64,000 nucleotides of DNA from Bacteroidales bacterium (GCA_045576855.1 JAZNHG010000035.1:1855-65854); one strand, 5' to 3'; shown: positions 10,001 through 17,720, counted from the first letter of the stretch. A program made the numbers and translations. The notes: generated from the letters alone by a model not told the origin.

Positions 10001-13000
10001 CCATACACCGGTCTCAAGGGGCGCCAGCGTGCGGACAGGATGGAACGTAGACATATCGGCCGGATTGCTCATCACGCCAACCACCAGACGGTCGGAGAGG
10101 TCCTCCACCTGATACCACAGACTGAGGGCCACCTTCTGGATAGAGTCGATATTGATATCGGGCGTAATCATATACGAGTTGGAAGCAATCGGCATAACAA
10201 GGCTATTGGTATCGGAATGGGCCACTGCATTCGTAGCACCGATACCGACATTGCGGGCTGTCCAACTGCGCGGAATGGTGCCAGCCCTGACGGTGTCGAA
10301 GTCGATACACGAGGGCAATTCCAGCGGCGCGGCCAGCGTCGTGACCTGTTGTTTCGGCACACAGGTGTAGCTGTTGCTGTCGCAGCGGAAATAGAAATCA
10401 TAGCGCGTCTCGGGATCGAGGATGAGGATAAGCGGAACCGAGTCGACCCTCAGGATGGTATTGGCGCCACTGCCCTGTCCATTGTCCGAATAGCCGTATT
10501 CCACATAGAAGGGCGTATGCGGACCATCTATCTTCACCCTGTTCCACCGGCTCAGCGATGCCGTGGCTCCCAGTGCACCCGGGCAGCCATCGACATACAG
10601 ATAGCGCACATCGAACCAGCTGGCATTCTGGTTCCACAGATGGTGCAGCGCTATCCATCTACCGGTATCGGCATAGGACTGGAAGTCCACGAAAGCCTGC
10701 TGAAGTGTGTCTGTGATGGTATAGGTCAGCGTGTCGACGGGGGTAAACGAAGCCGTGTCGTAGGCATCGGTCATCACACCAACCACCAACGTATCGAATA
10801 CCGACCCCGCATCGTACCTTATCTTCAGTCCGGCATGGCGAATCGAATCCACATTGAAATCCTCCAATACCGCCCACGACGAACTGTTACCATAGAAACG
10901 TGTGGCACGCTGATTATAGTTATCACGCGTCACATATCCCGGTCCCGAATGTCCACGGGCGGCATAGTGGGCAAAGCCCAACGTGTTCCAGCTTGCGTCG
11001 TAGCACCACGGCACCCCGTTACGATAGGACAGATTATACTCCCGGTTGCCCTCACAGGTGTAACCCGCCGAATCGGTTTGCAATATAGTAGCATGACCAC
11101 TGGTCAGAATATTGGTGTCATGGATGAAGAACACCGTAGTGTCCACATAGAACATCGTATCTTCGCTGCTGTTCCACGGGTTGGAATAATGCAGCCAGTA
11201 GGGGCTCGCCGTACTGGTAGTAAACTTCAGCGTGCGTGCAGCAACCAGCGAAATCTTGGGCAGCGGGTAGCCATACACGTGCATATTGAACAATCTCATA
11301 TCGGCACGGGTACGGATGGCAATCCGTTTGTCCACATACTGCGACAGCTCGACATCGGCCTGCTGCCAGTCGTTGTTGTACGACGTCCACAGCGGCAGGA
11401 ACGACGACGTGTCGGTAGCATTGTCCATCACACCGATTTGCACTCCGCCATCGGTCCAGGTATAGAAGTAGCTGTGGAGCGACATTGCCGAGTCTACAGC
11501 CAGTTCGGGCAACACGGCGTACATCCACCTGTTGTTGCCCGGGTCCATACGCAGCGAAGGGCCCCACGTGTCGAGAGACACATTGTTGGATGCATTGTTC
11601 TTGATAAACGTCCATGTGGGGGGAACCGTGAGTGTACCATTGGACACATTGAAGTCCTCGCAGTAGGGCAGCGGGATGAGGCCGCCGGTATGAATCCTGA
11701 CCACCGGACGGCACCCCTCGGTCTGGTACAGGCAACGCCAGGTGAAATAGTAGGTCTTGTCCATCTGCAGACCTGTGACGCGGAAGGGGTTGGTCTGCAC
11801 ATACATCGTCCGTTCCTCGCCGCTGGCGCTGTCGGTGACCGTCAGATAATAACTCTGCATCTGGTCGGCATCCACCGAACAATCCACCACATTGCCGTCG
11901 ACAGCAAAATGCACATGCGGGTAGTAGCTGATCTCCAGCTCGTCCAGGTCTGTCACACCCGCACCGCCACGTATCAGCAGACGGAGCGTGTCAGCCGCCA
12001 GCGCAGGCAGACGCATCATATAATATTCCCACTCGGCCCCCACCACGAAGGTATCTATCGGCACCATAGCCTGGGCCTGGGTGGTGAAAGTCGCAGCCGG
12101 AACCGGTATGCTGTCGGCCGGCAGCCAGCCGAGCAGCAGGGTGTCGCCGGGCACACTGCTGCGGGCCCTGAACGAGAAGCTCTGCCGGTCGATACCAGTC
12201 ATCGGGTGCATAGCCACCGACCCGCGGGGCCGCAGCTGCAGATAGTCGCCCGTGGTGACCAGCGTGGTACTGTCGGCCGCCCAGTGGTAGGGCAGCTCAT
12301 AGGAGAGCACATCACTAAAATTGAAGCAATAGCCGTAGCCTCCGATGCCATAGCTCAGCGTGATGGCATATCCGGCAAAGGAGCGGCAGCCACCGGCGAG
12401 CGGACGCACATAGCAGTAATAGAGCGTGCCGGTATCCAGTCCTCCGAATCCTATACTGTGGATATCGGCGGCCTGCACGGTGTCGGCAAAGGTGTTGCCA
12501 CCGCCCACCAGCGTCACCTCGACGCTGTCGGCCTGGTGCAGCCAGCTCAGGTCGAAGGCCAGCGTGTCGAATCCGGTGTGGACAACCTGCAGCGTGCCGT
12601 AGGAGGCATGCTCTATCTGCATCTCGTCGATATAGCAGCTATAGTAGGAATACTCGTAGGGGTGCTGGTAGGCCAGCACCAGACGGCCGTCGAAGAGGGT
12701 GTCGCTCGGCCGCAGCTCGTAGCTGTAGTGGCGGCGCGCATTGTTGGCACTGATATGGATAGTGTCCAGCACGCGGAAATGCTCGGCGGGCGACTGGTAG
12801 TCGTCCGGCACTGTACCCACAATCAGTGTGGACTGCGGCGCCATGTCGTAGATGTAGAAGCTGAGCACCGAAGTGCTGTCCACCTCCACGTCGGGCAGCA
12901 TGGCCATAGAGTAGTAATCCCAAGAGAAGCCCCACGACGACATCTGGAGCGAGATACTCCCGTCGCTGCCGAACGACTGGCCCACAAAGCCGGGCAAATC

Positions 13001-15244
13001 GTTCAGCTGGCGCACACGCTGCCAGTCGCCTAACGTACTGCTCCAGGCGTTTCCGTTGAGGCTCTCCAGGTCCTCGCACCACGGCAGAGTGTAGTCCTGC
13101 GTGGCCGAACGGCGCTGGTAGCGCATGTCCTCGCACGGGGTCTGGCAGGGGCGGTAGACGAAGAGGTCGTATTCTGTCGAGGGCACGAGGCCGCCGATGG
13201 AAGCGTGGTCTACGTGGTAGAAGGTGTCCACCATGCCGGAGCCGAGGGCGAAGCCGTGCGGGCCATACTGCACCAGCACCGTGTCGTAGGGCTGAGCCCA
13301 ACTGAGCTCCATGTGGGTGCCCCGGCGGTGCAGCACGCGCGGCTCCTCGATGGCGCAGCGGCTACCCGTCACCGAATGGACACGTACATCGACATACCAA
13401 CCGGGATTGCCCAGGCGGATGGCGATATGCCGACCGGTGGAATTGGTGGGCACGGTGGCGGCAAATGTGTGTCGGCCGCCGTCGCTCCACGCCGTGTCGA
13501 GGGGCACGAAGGTGGTGATATCGTCGGGATGCACCATAGTGCCCAGTATCACCATCGCCCCATTGTTCTCGCCGCTGAAGGTCACCGACACCTGCGTGCC
13601 CGGCAGCCCCGTCAGGCGCTCGCTGGCCATGTAGGCGTCCACACCACTGCAGCCGTCGCGGAAATAGACGGCACGGTCCACCAGGTTGAAGTTGCCGCCA
13701 CAGTAAGCCTGCAGCACGTTGAAGGTCCACTCCGGTGGCAGTCCCTGACTCTGGCTGAAGTTGGAGCAGTAGCCGTCGGCGGCGGTCGGCATCACGGCAG
13801 TGCGGGCCGTCACACTGCGGGCAATGTTGAGCGACCCCTGGCAGGTGGGATAGACGGTGAAGATATAGTTTGTCTCGGCGTCGAGGCCCGTGATGTCGAG
13901 CGGCGACGTGACGTTGGAGAAGCTCAGCGAGTCGACCATAGCCCCCTCGCGGCGCACACCGACGTTGCATGTGGGATTGCCGTAGCTGCTCCAGGCCAGG
14001 GTGACCCGGTCGTACTCGATATGGTAGACCCGGAGCGAGTCTATACCGCAGTTCTCGATGCCCATATCGTCGATGTACAGGCGGCGTCCGATACCGTTCT
14101 GCTGCGACTGTTGCATGCGCAACGCCAGGCGGCGGCCGTTGGATGACGGCGTCCAGGTGAAGCTGTATTCCCGCCATTGGGTGGTGTTGTCCACGTAGAA
14201 AGACTGTATCGTGGTGAAGCCGTACTGGTTATAGTCGGAGCCCGCGCTGTCGCAGGTGCCCACCTGCACATAGGTGCTGCTGTGGCTGGCGCGCAGCTGG
14301 AGGCGCACCGTGTGGCTGCCCACACCCTGCAGCGGCGGGGTGGCCACCAGGCCGAAGTGGCCCGCGGCGTCGTTGTTGCCGCAGCTGAGCATCAGCGAAC
14401 GGCTGCCCGAACTGTGGTGGGTGGCCACCACCTGGGGCAGGCTCTCCTCGTCGTCGAAGTTGACCACCTGCAGCCAGCAGCTGGGGAAGGAGCCTTCAGC
14501 CAGTCCCTCGAAGCCCTCGCGGAAGGGCATATCGGCCGAGCCGCAGGCCGTGCGCACAAAGAGGCGGTCGGCGCAGCAGCGGTTGCCGGCCGCCGCAGTG
14601 GCCACCACCGAGATGTCGTAGCTGGTGGCCGGATTGAGCCCCGTCAGGGTATGGCTCGTGCCGGTGATGCCGCTGTAGGTCTGGTCGTTGCAGACCACCG
14701 TGAAGGGGCCCGCCGCATTGGTGGCCGTCCAGCTCAAGCTGATGCTGGTGGCGGTGACGGCGGTGGTGTCGAGGCCGGTCACAGGATTGGTGCATACATC
14801 CGAGACGCCGGAGACAGACCAGTTCAGCTCGAAGCCCGAGCTGACCACCGAGCCGTCGCTATGGAAGCTCACCAGCAGCTGGCCGCGGGTGGTGCTGACG
14901 CTGACGGTGCCGGTGCCGCCCGCCTGGCTGTAGTAGGTGGTCTGGTCGTCGTGGATGGTGAGCCAGTCGCAGCACGATTCGGTCTGGTAGCTGCCGCTGA
15001 GGGTGATGGTCAGGCCCGCCGATGCCTGGATGAGCACCGCGCCGTCGAAGCCGTTGGCATAGTCCGACAGGGGGCCGCCGTTGTCGTAGATGGTGCCCGA
15101 GCCCAGGGTGCAGGCATCCAGCACAATGGTGTCGTGGGCCAGCATATAGGTAACCGACTGGGCCCGGAGCGATGCCGGCAGCAGGGCCGGAACCAGGAGC
15201 AGGACCAGAAGAAGCAGGGTATGTTTTCGTTGTGTCATTGTCAT
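7082..15244 (-). CDS. giant (about 2720 aa) modular secreted surface protein with a T9SS type-B (gliding-motility CHU_C-like) C-terminal sorting domain
   Basis: The start is taken at MTMTQRKHTLLLLVLLLVPALLPASLRAQS (ATG 15244, ATGA overlap with the upstream regulator stop). There is a CUB-like N-terminal domain. Beta-sandwich (MAM / choice-of-anchor-like) modules alternate with FN3-like modules several times. A PKD-like block (YWDYGNG..HPGTYTVRL) lies at about nt 8530-8770. The C-terminus NLVSPNGDGTNDTW...GTYYYR lies at about nt 7085-7350. Confidence 0.85.
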   Translation of the reverse strand: MTMTQRKHTLLLLVLLLVPALLPASLRAQSVTYMLAHDTIVLDACTLGSGTIYDNGGPLSDYANGFDGAVLIQASAGLTITLSGSYQTESCCDWLTIHDDQTTYYSQAGGTGTVSVSTTRGQLLVSFHSDGSVVSSGFELNWSVSGVSDVCTNPVTGLDTTAVTATSISLSWTATNAAGPFTVVCNDQTYSGITGTSHTLTGLNPATSYDISVVATAAAGNRCCADRLFVRTACGSADMPFREGFEGLAEGSFPSCWLQVVNFDDEESLPQVVATHHSSGSRSLMLSCGNNDAAGHFGLVATPPLQGVGSHTVRLQLRASHSSTYVQVGTCDSAGSDYNQYGFTTIQSFYVDNTTQWREYSFTWTPSSNGRRLALRMQQSQQNGIGRRLYIDDMGIENCGIDSLRVYHIEYDRVTLAWSSYGNPTCNVGVRREGAMVDSLSFSNVTSPLDITGLDAETNYIFTVYPTCQGSLNIARSVTARTAVMPTAADGYCSNFSQSQGLPPEWTFNVLQAYCGGNFNLVDRAVYFRDGCSGVDAYMASERLTGLPGTQVSVTFSGENNGAMVILGTMVHPDDITTFVPLDTAWSDGGRHTFAATVPTNSTGRHIAIRLGNPGWYVDVRVHSVTGSRCAIEEPRVLHRRGTHMELSWAQPYDTVLVQYGPHGFALGSGMVDTFYHVDHASIGGLVPSTEYDLFVYRPCQTPCEDMRYQRRSATQDYTLPWCEDLESLNGNAWSSTLGDWQRVRQLNDLPGFVGQSFGSDGSISLQMSSWGFSWDYYSMAMLPDVEVDSTSVLSFYIYDMAPQSTLIVGTVPDDYQSPAEHFRVLDTIHISANNARRHYSYELRPSDTLFDGRLVLAYQHPYEYSYYSCYIDEMQIEHASYGTLQVVHTGFDTLAFDLSWLHQADSVEVTLVGGGNTFADTVQAADIHSIGFGGLDTGTLYYCYVRPLAGGCRSFAGYAITLSYGIGGYGYCFNFSDVLSYELPYHWAADSTTLVTTGDYLQLRPRGSVAMHPMTGIDRQSFSFRARSSVPGDTLLLGWLPADSIPVPAATFTTQAQAMVPIDTFVVGAEWEYYMMRLPALAADTLRLLIRGGAGVTDLDELEISYYPHVHFAVDGNVVDCSVDADQMQSYYLTVTDSASGEERTMYVQTNPFRVTGLQMDKTYYFTWRCLYQTEGCRPVVRIHTGGLIPLPYCEDFNVSNGTLTVPPTWTFIKNNASNNVSLDTWGPSLRMDPGNNRWMYAVLPELAVDSAMSLHSYFYTWTDGGVQIGVMDNATDTSSFLPLWTSYNNDWQQADVELSQYVDKRIAIRTRADMRLFNMHVYGYPLPKISLVAARTLKFTTSTASPYWLHYSNPWNSSEDTMFYVDTTVFFIHDTNILTSGHATILQTDSAGYTCEGNREYNLSYRNGVPWCYDASWNTLGFAHYAARGHSGPGYVTRDNYNQRATRFYGNSSSWAVLEDFNVDSIRHAGLKIRYDAGSVFDTLVVGVMTDAYDTASFTPVDTLTYTITDTLQQAFVDFQSYADTGRWIALHHLWNQNASWFDVRYLYVDGCPGALGATASLSRWNRVKIDGPHTPFYVEYGYSDNGQGSGANTILRVDSVPLILILDPETRYDFYFRCDSNSYTCVPKQQVTTLAAPLELPSCIDFDTVRAGTIPRSWTARNVGIGATNAVAHSDTNSLVMPIASNSYMITPDINIDSIQKVALSLWYQVEDLSDRLVVGVMSNPADMSTFHPVRTLAPLETGVWQHGLVEFSAAPDDAHFIALRARSNRQAGGRSIYVDDVYVTSCAAFDFTVQRLTNNSIDLTWSHVGNPNVTVSVIDDGQVSQVFNNAEPPLHIEPLTTLHYYTFRFESECSATDTGYCSTNYRDSLSVVTPAPGTGCVNPTDMASPQAVFFSGSYRNPYAHAGAVNYGSQHPDSRHTVCYDTAQRDPRTGNLLRTIPVGYTSSVRLGNWSTNAYTPEAEGVIYSLFVDTSSFELLLLRYAAVLQDPMHAPSDQPRFRMELLDTNYNIIDSACTSADFIADQSLGWNTAEDGVLWKDWTAVGVDLSAHAGEQVYFRLTTYDCNEGSHYGYAYFTLECMRKNMNTVSCGDVDSNTLSAPEGFHYRWYTSQSGATVSTSQSITVPSQDITYYCDVSKLDNPNCHFVISAYGGTRYPMASFDTSMTVDSCRFYVSFTNTSGVSNDGVTPLSGEHCESAYWDYGNGTTSVNYHGYAVYTHPGTYTVRLISGIALDECQDTAVMTLTLTLPAGMAPSDTTVVSICDNQSYLYYGQPYTDAGEYYHIVPIPNETCDSINVLQLSVRPTSLADTVAVVCDSISWHGGVYYTSDTLTAPVGLNSVYCDSTLRLALTVNYSSEVNDSIYICPGYPYLYRGVDYGGPVVFDELLPTRQNCDSLVHVSLIARDSNYHLSVLYRFDSTDWQEPDSVLKSCDPTLLEIRDSIEGAVAHSWQLFMRDTVVASADTFFSYRFEEGQDAMTAYLSLVVTDIIGCYDTLSWPLFVLQSAIPDFHTDPDVPAMHNPETQFVNLTWPDTVDYLWRIQQQEGGMFDTTSEVAPLYRWGEAGDNMAGEYTVRLLSFWSHTVPAFRVDSVDWIDSTLRNVWLYETFTHTCIDSVEHVVTITNDYLQFPNLVSPNGDGTNDTWRVVNLLEMGNYSMNELWIYDRTGALVYHVKNIRREDQFWNPLDTRSPDGTYYYRFMAQGQYGLVKRNGVIEVVR

Positions 15245-15978
15245 GCGGTTGGGGGATTGTATCGGTATCCGAAGTGAGTTTTGTTTACTATGCAGGCGCC
15301 TTGCGCACCCATTTTCTTGCGCAGGCGGGCAATATGCACGTCGACGGCCCGCTCGCCGACCAGGGCGTCGCCCGGCCACACGGCGGCCAGTATGTCGGCC
15401 CGCGAGAAGAAGCGGCCGGGATGCGAGGCCAGCAGGTCGAGGATGCACTGCTCGCGCAGGGTGAGCAGCGGCGACTCCGCCGGCTCGGACGCACGCGCAC
15501 CGCCGCAACGCCGCAGCACGGCACGCACCCGCGCCAGCACGGTGTCGAAGGCGAACGGCTTGGCGATATAGTCGTCGGCACCCGCGTCGAAGCCCTGCAG
15601 CTGGTGGTCGTGGCTGTCCAGGGCGGTGAGGAAGATGACGGGCGTCTCGTCGCCGCGCGACCGCAGCAGGCCGGCCATCTCGAAGCCCGACATGCGGTCC
15701 ATCATCACGTCGAGCAGTATGAGGTCGTATCGCTGGCTTTGCGCCCCGATTTTCTCCAGCGCCTCCTCGGCGCTGCCGGCCGTGTCTACCCGATAGCCCT
15801 CGCTCTCCAGGTTGAAGCGCAGTATTTCGCAGAGGTCCTCCTCGTCGTCGACGACCAGCAGCCGCTGGCAGCAAGCCGCAGCCGCGCGGACGGACGGGGC
15901 CGGCTGCGGGCTGACGTCCTGGGCTGTCGTGTGCGCCGCCGGACGCAGGGGGGCGGATGATGTTTCGTTCTTTGCCAT
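15241..15978 (-). CDS. OmpR/PhoB-family response regulator
   Basis: Start taken at MAKNETSS (ATG 15978). Receiver domain (LLVVDDEEDL, ILLDVMMDRMSG, DDYIAKPF) plus a winged-helix output domain (VDVHIARLRKKMG, GYRY). Confidence 0.85.
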   Translation of the reverse strand: MAKNETSSAPLRPAAHTTAQDVSPQPAPSVRAAAACCQRLLVVDDEEDLCEILRFNLESEGYRVDTAGSAEEALEKIGAQSQRYDLILLDVMMDRMSGFEMAGLLRSRGDETPVIFLTALDSHDHQLQGFDAGADDYIAKPFAFDTVLARVRAVLRRCGGARASEPAESPLLTLREQCILDLLASHPGRFFSRADILAAVWPGDALVGERAVDVHIARLRKKMGAQGACIVNKTHFGYRYNPPTA

Positions 15979-16071
15979 ATTTCTTTTCCCATGCCGCGAC
16001 ATACGCCCATGCGCCCGTATCATACACAATACCAACCTCATGGAACCTCGGTCCAGCGGCACTTAGAAATG

Positions 16072-16100
16072 CAAATATACAGAAAAATATTTAAATCAAA
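16072..16100 (-). promoter_or_regulatory. candidate promoter of the regulator / giant protein / kinase transcription unit (-33 TTTG, -7 TATATTTG)
   Basis: The minus strand reads TTTG-17 bp-TATATTTG, which matches the Bacteroidota consensus TTTG/TAnnTTTG. It lies about 90 nt upstream of ATG 15978. Confidence 0.5.
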
Positions 16101-16220
16101 GGTCTTAAAATAAAAAAAGCAGAAAAACTCCACCCCACAACCCGACGGCGGGGCACCATGCAGCAGTTTTCGACCCGCCGTCGCCGTCCGAAACAGGCAT
16201 CCGAAATGTTAAAATGCAAG

Positions 16221-16268
16221 GATGGTGGTAGGATGGTGGTAGGTTGATGGTAGGATGGTGGTAGGATG
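16221..16268. repeat. 11-bp tandem array GATGGTGGTAG, about 4.4 units
   Basis: Read directly: gatggtggtag gatggtggtag gttgatggtag gatggtggtag gatga. Confidence 0.9.
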
Positions 16269-16283
16269 ATACCCTTCGGGTAG

Positions 16284-16322
16284 GTGTTCAGTGCTCAGTG
16301 TTCAGTGTTCGGCATTCAGTGG
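16284..16322. repeat. 7-bp tandem array GTGTTCA, about 5 units
   Basis: gtgttca gtgctca gtgttca gtgttcg gcattca gtgg. Confidence 0.9.
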
Positions 16323-16357
16323 AAAAGAGGTTGCTGTACGTATCCTACGGTCTTGAT

Positions 16358-16401
16358 ACTCAGTGTTTGACACTGAATGCTTAACACTTGGCACTGAATA
16401 A
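16358..16401. repeat. 7/14-bp periodic segment rich in CACTGAA, the inverted partner of the GTGTTCA array
   Basis: actcagt gtttgac actgaat gcttaac acttggc actgaat. Positions 16371-16380 (cactgaatgc) are the exact complement of 16312-16321 (gcattcagtg). Confidence 0.8.
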
Positions 16402-16417
16402 AGCTCGTTTCCGACTC

Positions 16418-16452
16418 TCAATTCTCAATTTTCAATTCTCAATTTTCAATTC
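16418..16452. repeat. 7-bp tandem array alternating TCAATTC/TCAATTT, 5 units
   Basis: tcaattc tcaattt tcaattc tcaattt tcaattc. Confidence 0.9.
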
Positions 16453-16622
16453 AACCCCTCTCAGCATGTTTTCGAATTTTGCAAGTAAAATATTGTTAAA
16501 CTTTCTTAAATCACATCATAAAAGACTTGTAATTACATCTACATCAGCACGTAAGCAGGTTTTACCGAGAGACAAGAAAGACACCCCCCAAACCGACGGC
16601 TTGGCGAAGGAAGAGAATAAAT

Positions 16623-16653
16623 TTTGCGGAATCAAAAAAAAAGTGTATTTTTG
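16623..16653 (+). promoter_or_regulatory. candidate promoter of the OMP gene (-33 TTTG, 19-bp spacer, -7 TATTTTTG)
   Basis: attTTTGcggaatcaaaaaaaaagtgTATTTTTGcac. The -7 box ends 25 nt before ATG 16679. Confidence 0.5.
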
Positions 16654-16678
16654 CACTTTGCAAATAAAGATAAAAAAG

Positions 16679-17470
16679 ATGAAAAAAACAGCATTTCTCA
16701 TTGCCGCAGTGGCACTTATGACGGCTGCCAACGCGCAAGTGGTAATCGGCATTCAGGGCGGCTACCACTGGCAGAAGAACACCCAATCGTATGATACAGA
16801 GAATACGCGTCTGGCCACCAACTGGCTGGGCGGACTGCAGCTGGGCTACAATATCACGCCCGAATTGTATGTCGGTGTGAGCGGCAACTACCAAGACTTT
16901 GCTACGGACACCTTCTACCTGCACAGCATCATCGACTTCGAGGGCATGATGCGCGAGGTCGACAACCGCGAGCTGAAGGGTCACCACACGGGCTGGACCG
17001 TGGGCCCGCAGGTGAAATGGGAATTTCTGAAATACGGCAACATGCACTTCCACCTGCTGCTGCAGGGCACCGTGTCGTCCACGGGCTACACCACCCTGGA
17101 CGAGACCTTCGACACCCCCTTCCGCAACAACGGCGAGCATGTGACCAAACCGGTGCTGGCCGACAGCCTGCACACCTTCACCTGGGGCGTCAGCCTGCGG
17201 CCCACGCTGACCTATGCCTTCTCGCGCCACCTGAGCGCCGAGCTGAGCCTCGACTTCCTGAGCATCGGCTACATCGACCACCGCGCCACCGACGACCACA
17301 TGCAGCCCAAGTATGACAACGAAGGCCGCCTGGAATACCTCGACGGCGACATAGTCTACACCACCACCACCCACCGCACCCGCACCATCTATGCCGGCCT
17401 GAACACGCTGATGGAGACCTTGCGCTGGGAGAGCCCCCTGCTGCGTCTGGGCTTCAACTGGACCTTTTAG
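16679..17470 (+). CDS. outer-membrane beta-barrel protein (porin/OmpW-like family)
   Basis: Start taken at MKKTAFLIAAVALMTAANAQ (signal peptide). The protein has alternating hydrophobic strand patterns and a C-terminal LRLGFNWTF. The upstream part of ORF 16388-17470 runs through repeat DNA. Confidence 0.55.
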   Translation: MKKTAFLIAAVALMTAANAQVVIGIQGGYHWQKNTQSYDTENTRLATNWLGGLQLGYNITPELYVGVSGNYQDFATDTFYLHSIIDFEGMMREVDNRELKGHHTGWTVGPQVKWEFLKYGNMHFHLLLQGTVSSTGYTTLDETFDTPFRNNGEHVTKPVLADSLHTFTWGVSLRPTLTYAFSRHLSAELSLDFLSIGYIDHRATDDHMQPKYDNEGRLEYLDGDIVYTTTTHRTRTIYAGLNTLMETLRWESPLLRLGFNWTF

Positions 17471-17620
17471 GGAGTGGAGAGTGGAGAGTGGAGAGTGGAG
17501 AGTGGAGAGTGGAGAGTGGAGAGCGGAGAGCGGAGAGTGGAGAGTGGAGAGTGGAGAGTGGAGAGTGGAGAGCGGAGAGTGGAGAGTGGAGAGTGGAGAG
17601 TGGAGAGTGGAGAGCGGAGA
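17471..17620. repeat. 7-bp tandem array GGAGAGT, 21 units with 4 GGAGAGC variants
   Basis: Units in register from 17474 to 17620. The array begins 1 nt after the OMP stop codon (TAG 17468-17470). Confidence 0.95.
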
Positions 17621-17650
17621 GCAGTTGCCGTACCCGGATACTGCTCACTG

Positions 17651-17720
17651 CCAACTATTAACTGCCAACTGCCAACTGTCAACTGCCAACTGCCAACTGC
17701 CAACTGCCAACTGCCAACTG
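17651..17720. repeat. 7-bp tandem array CCAACTG (CAACTGC), 10 units
   Basis: ccaacta ttaactg ccaactg ccaactg tcaactg ccaactg x5. The array ends 18 nt before ATG 17739. Confidence 0.95.

Larger units (their letters stand above)
16125..16500 (+). repeat. composite repeat-rich intergenic element, copy 1 (homologous to 27310-27680)
   Basis: Modules are shared in the same order with the second copy: a C-rich left part (TCGCCGTCC..AAACAG), CCGAAATGTTAAA, the GGTAGGATGGT 11-mer array including the variant GGTAGGTTGAT, heptamer arrays ending in CAATTTTCAATTC, then CCTCTCAG and ATTTTGCAAGT..TGTTAAAC. Boundaries are approximate. Confidence 0.75.

Noticed and set aside
9956-13033. Long plus-strand ORFs antisense to the giant gene: 9956-13033 (1025 aa), 7607-9277 (556 aa), 13205-14146 and 14177-15277.
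   Set aside because: Their translations are low-complexity (rich in R, G, A, V, H), with no motifs, signal sequences or plausible starts. They are mirror frames of a GC-rich gene that has clear domain content on the minus strand.
15245-16027. N-terminal 261-aa extension of the giant ORF (the ORF track gives 7082-16027, 2981 aa).
   Set aside because: The extension is Arg/Ala/Gly/Pro-rich low-complexity translation that overlaps the well-formed response-regulator gene in another frame. A canonical signal peptide begins at ATG 15244. The open frame upstream is best explained by high GC content.
16205-16503. ATGTTAAA / TGTTAAAC near both ends of the composite elements as a target-site duplication.
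   Set aside because: Homology between the two copies continues about 70-80 bp to the left of the left-hand ATGTTAAA. That motif is therefore internal, not a flanking duplication. The true element ends cannot be fixed from two copies.
16388-16678. The upstream 97 codons of ORF 16388-17470.
   Set aside because: This stretch includes the TCAATTC array and a good promoter (16623-16653). A signal peptide starts at ATG 16679.
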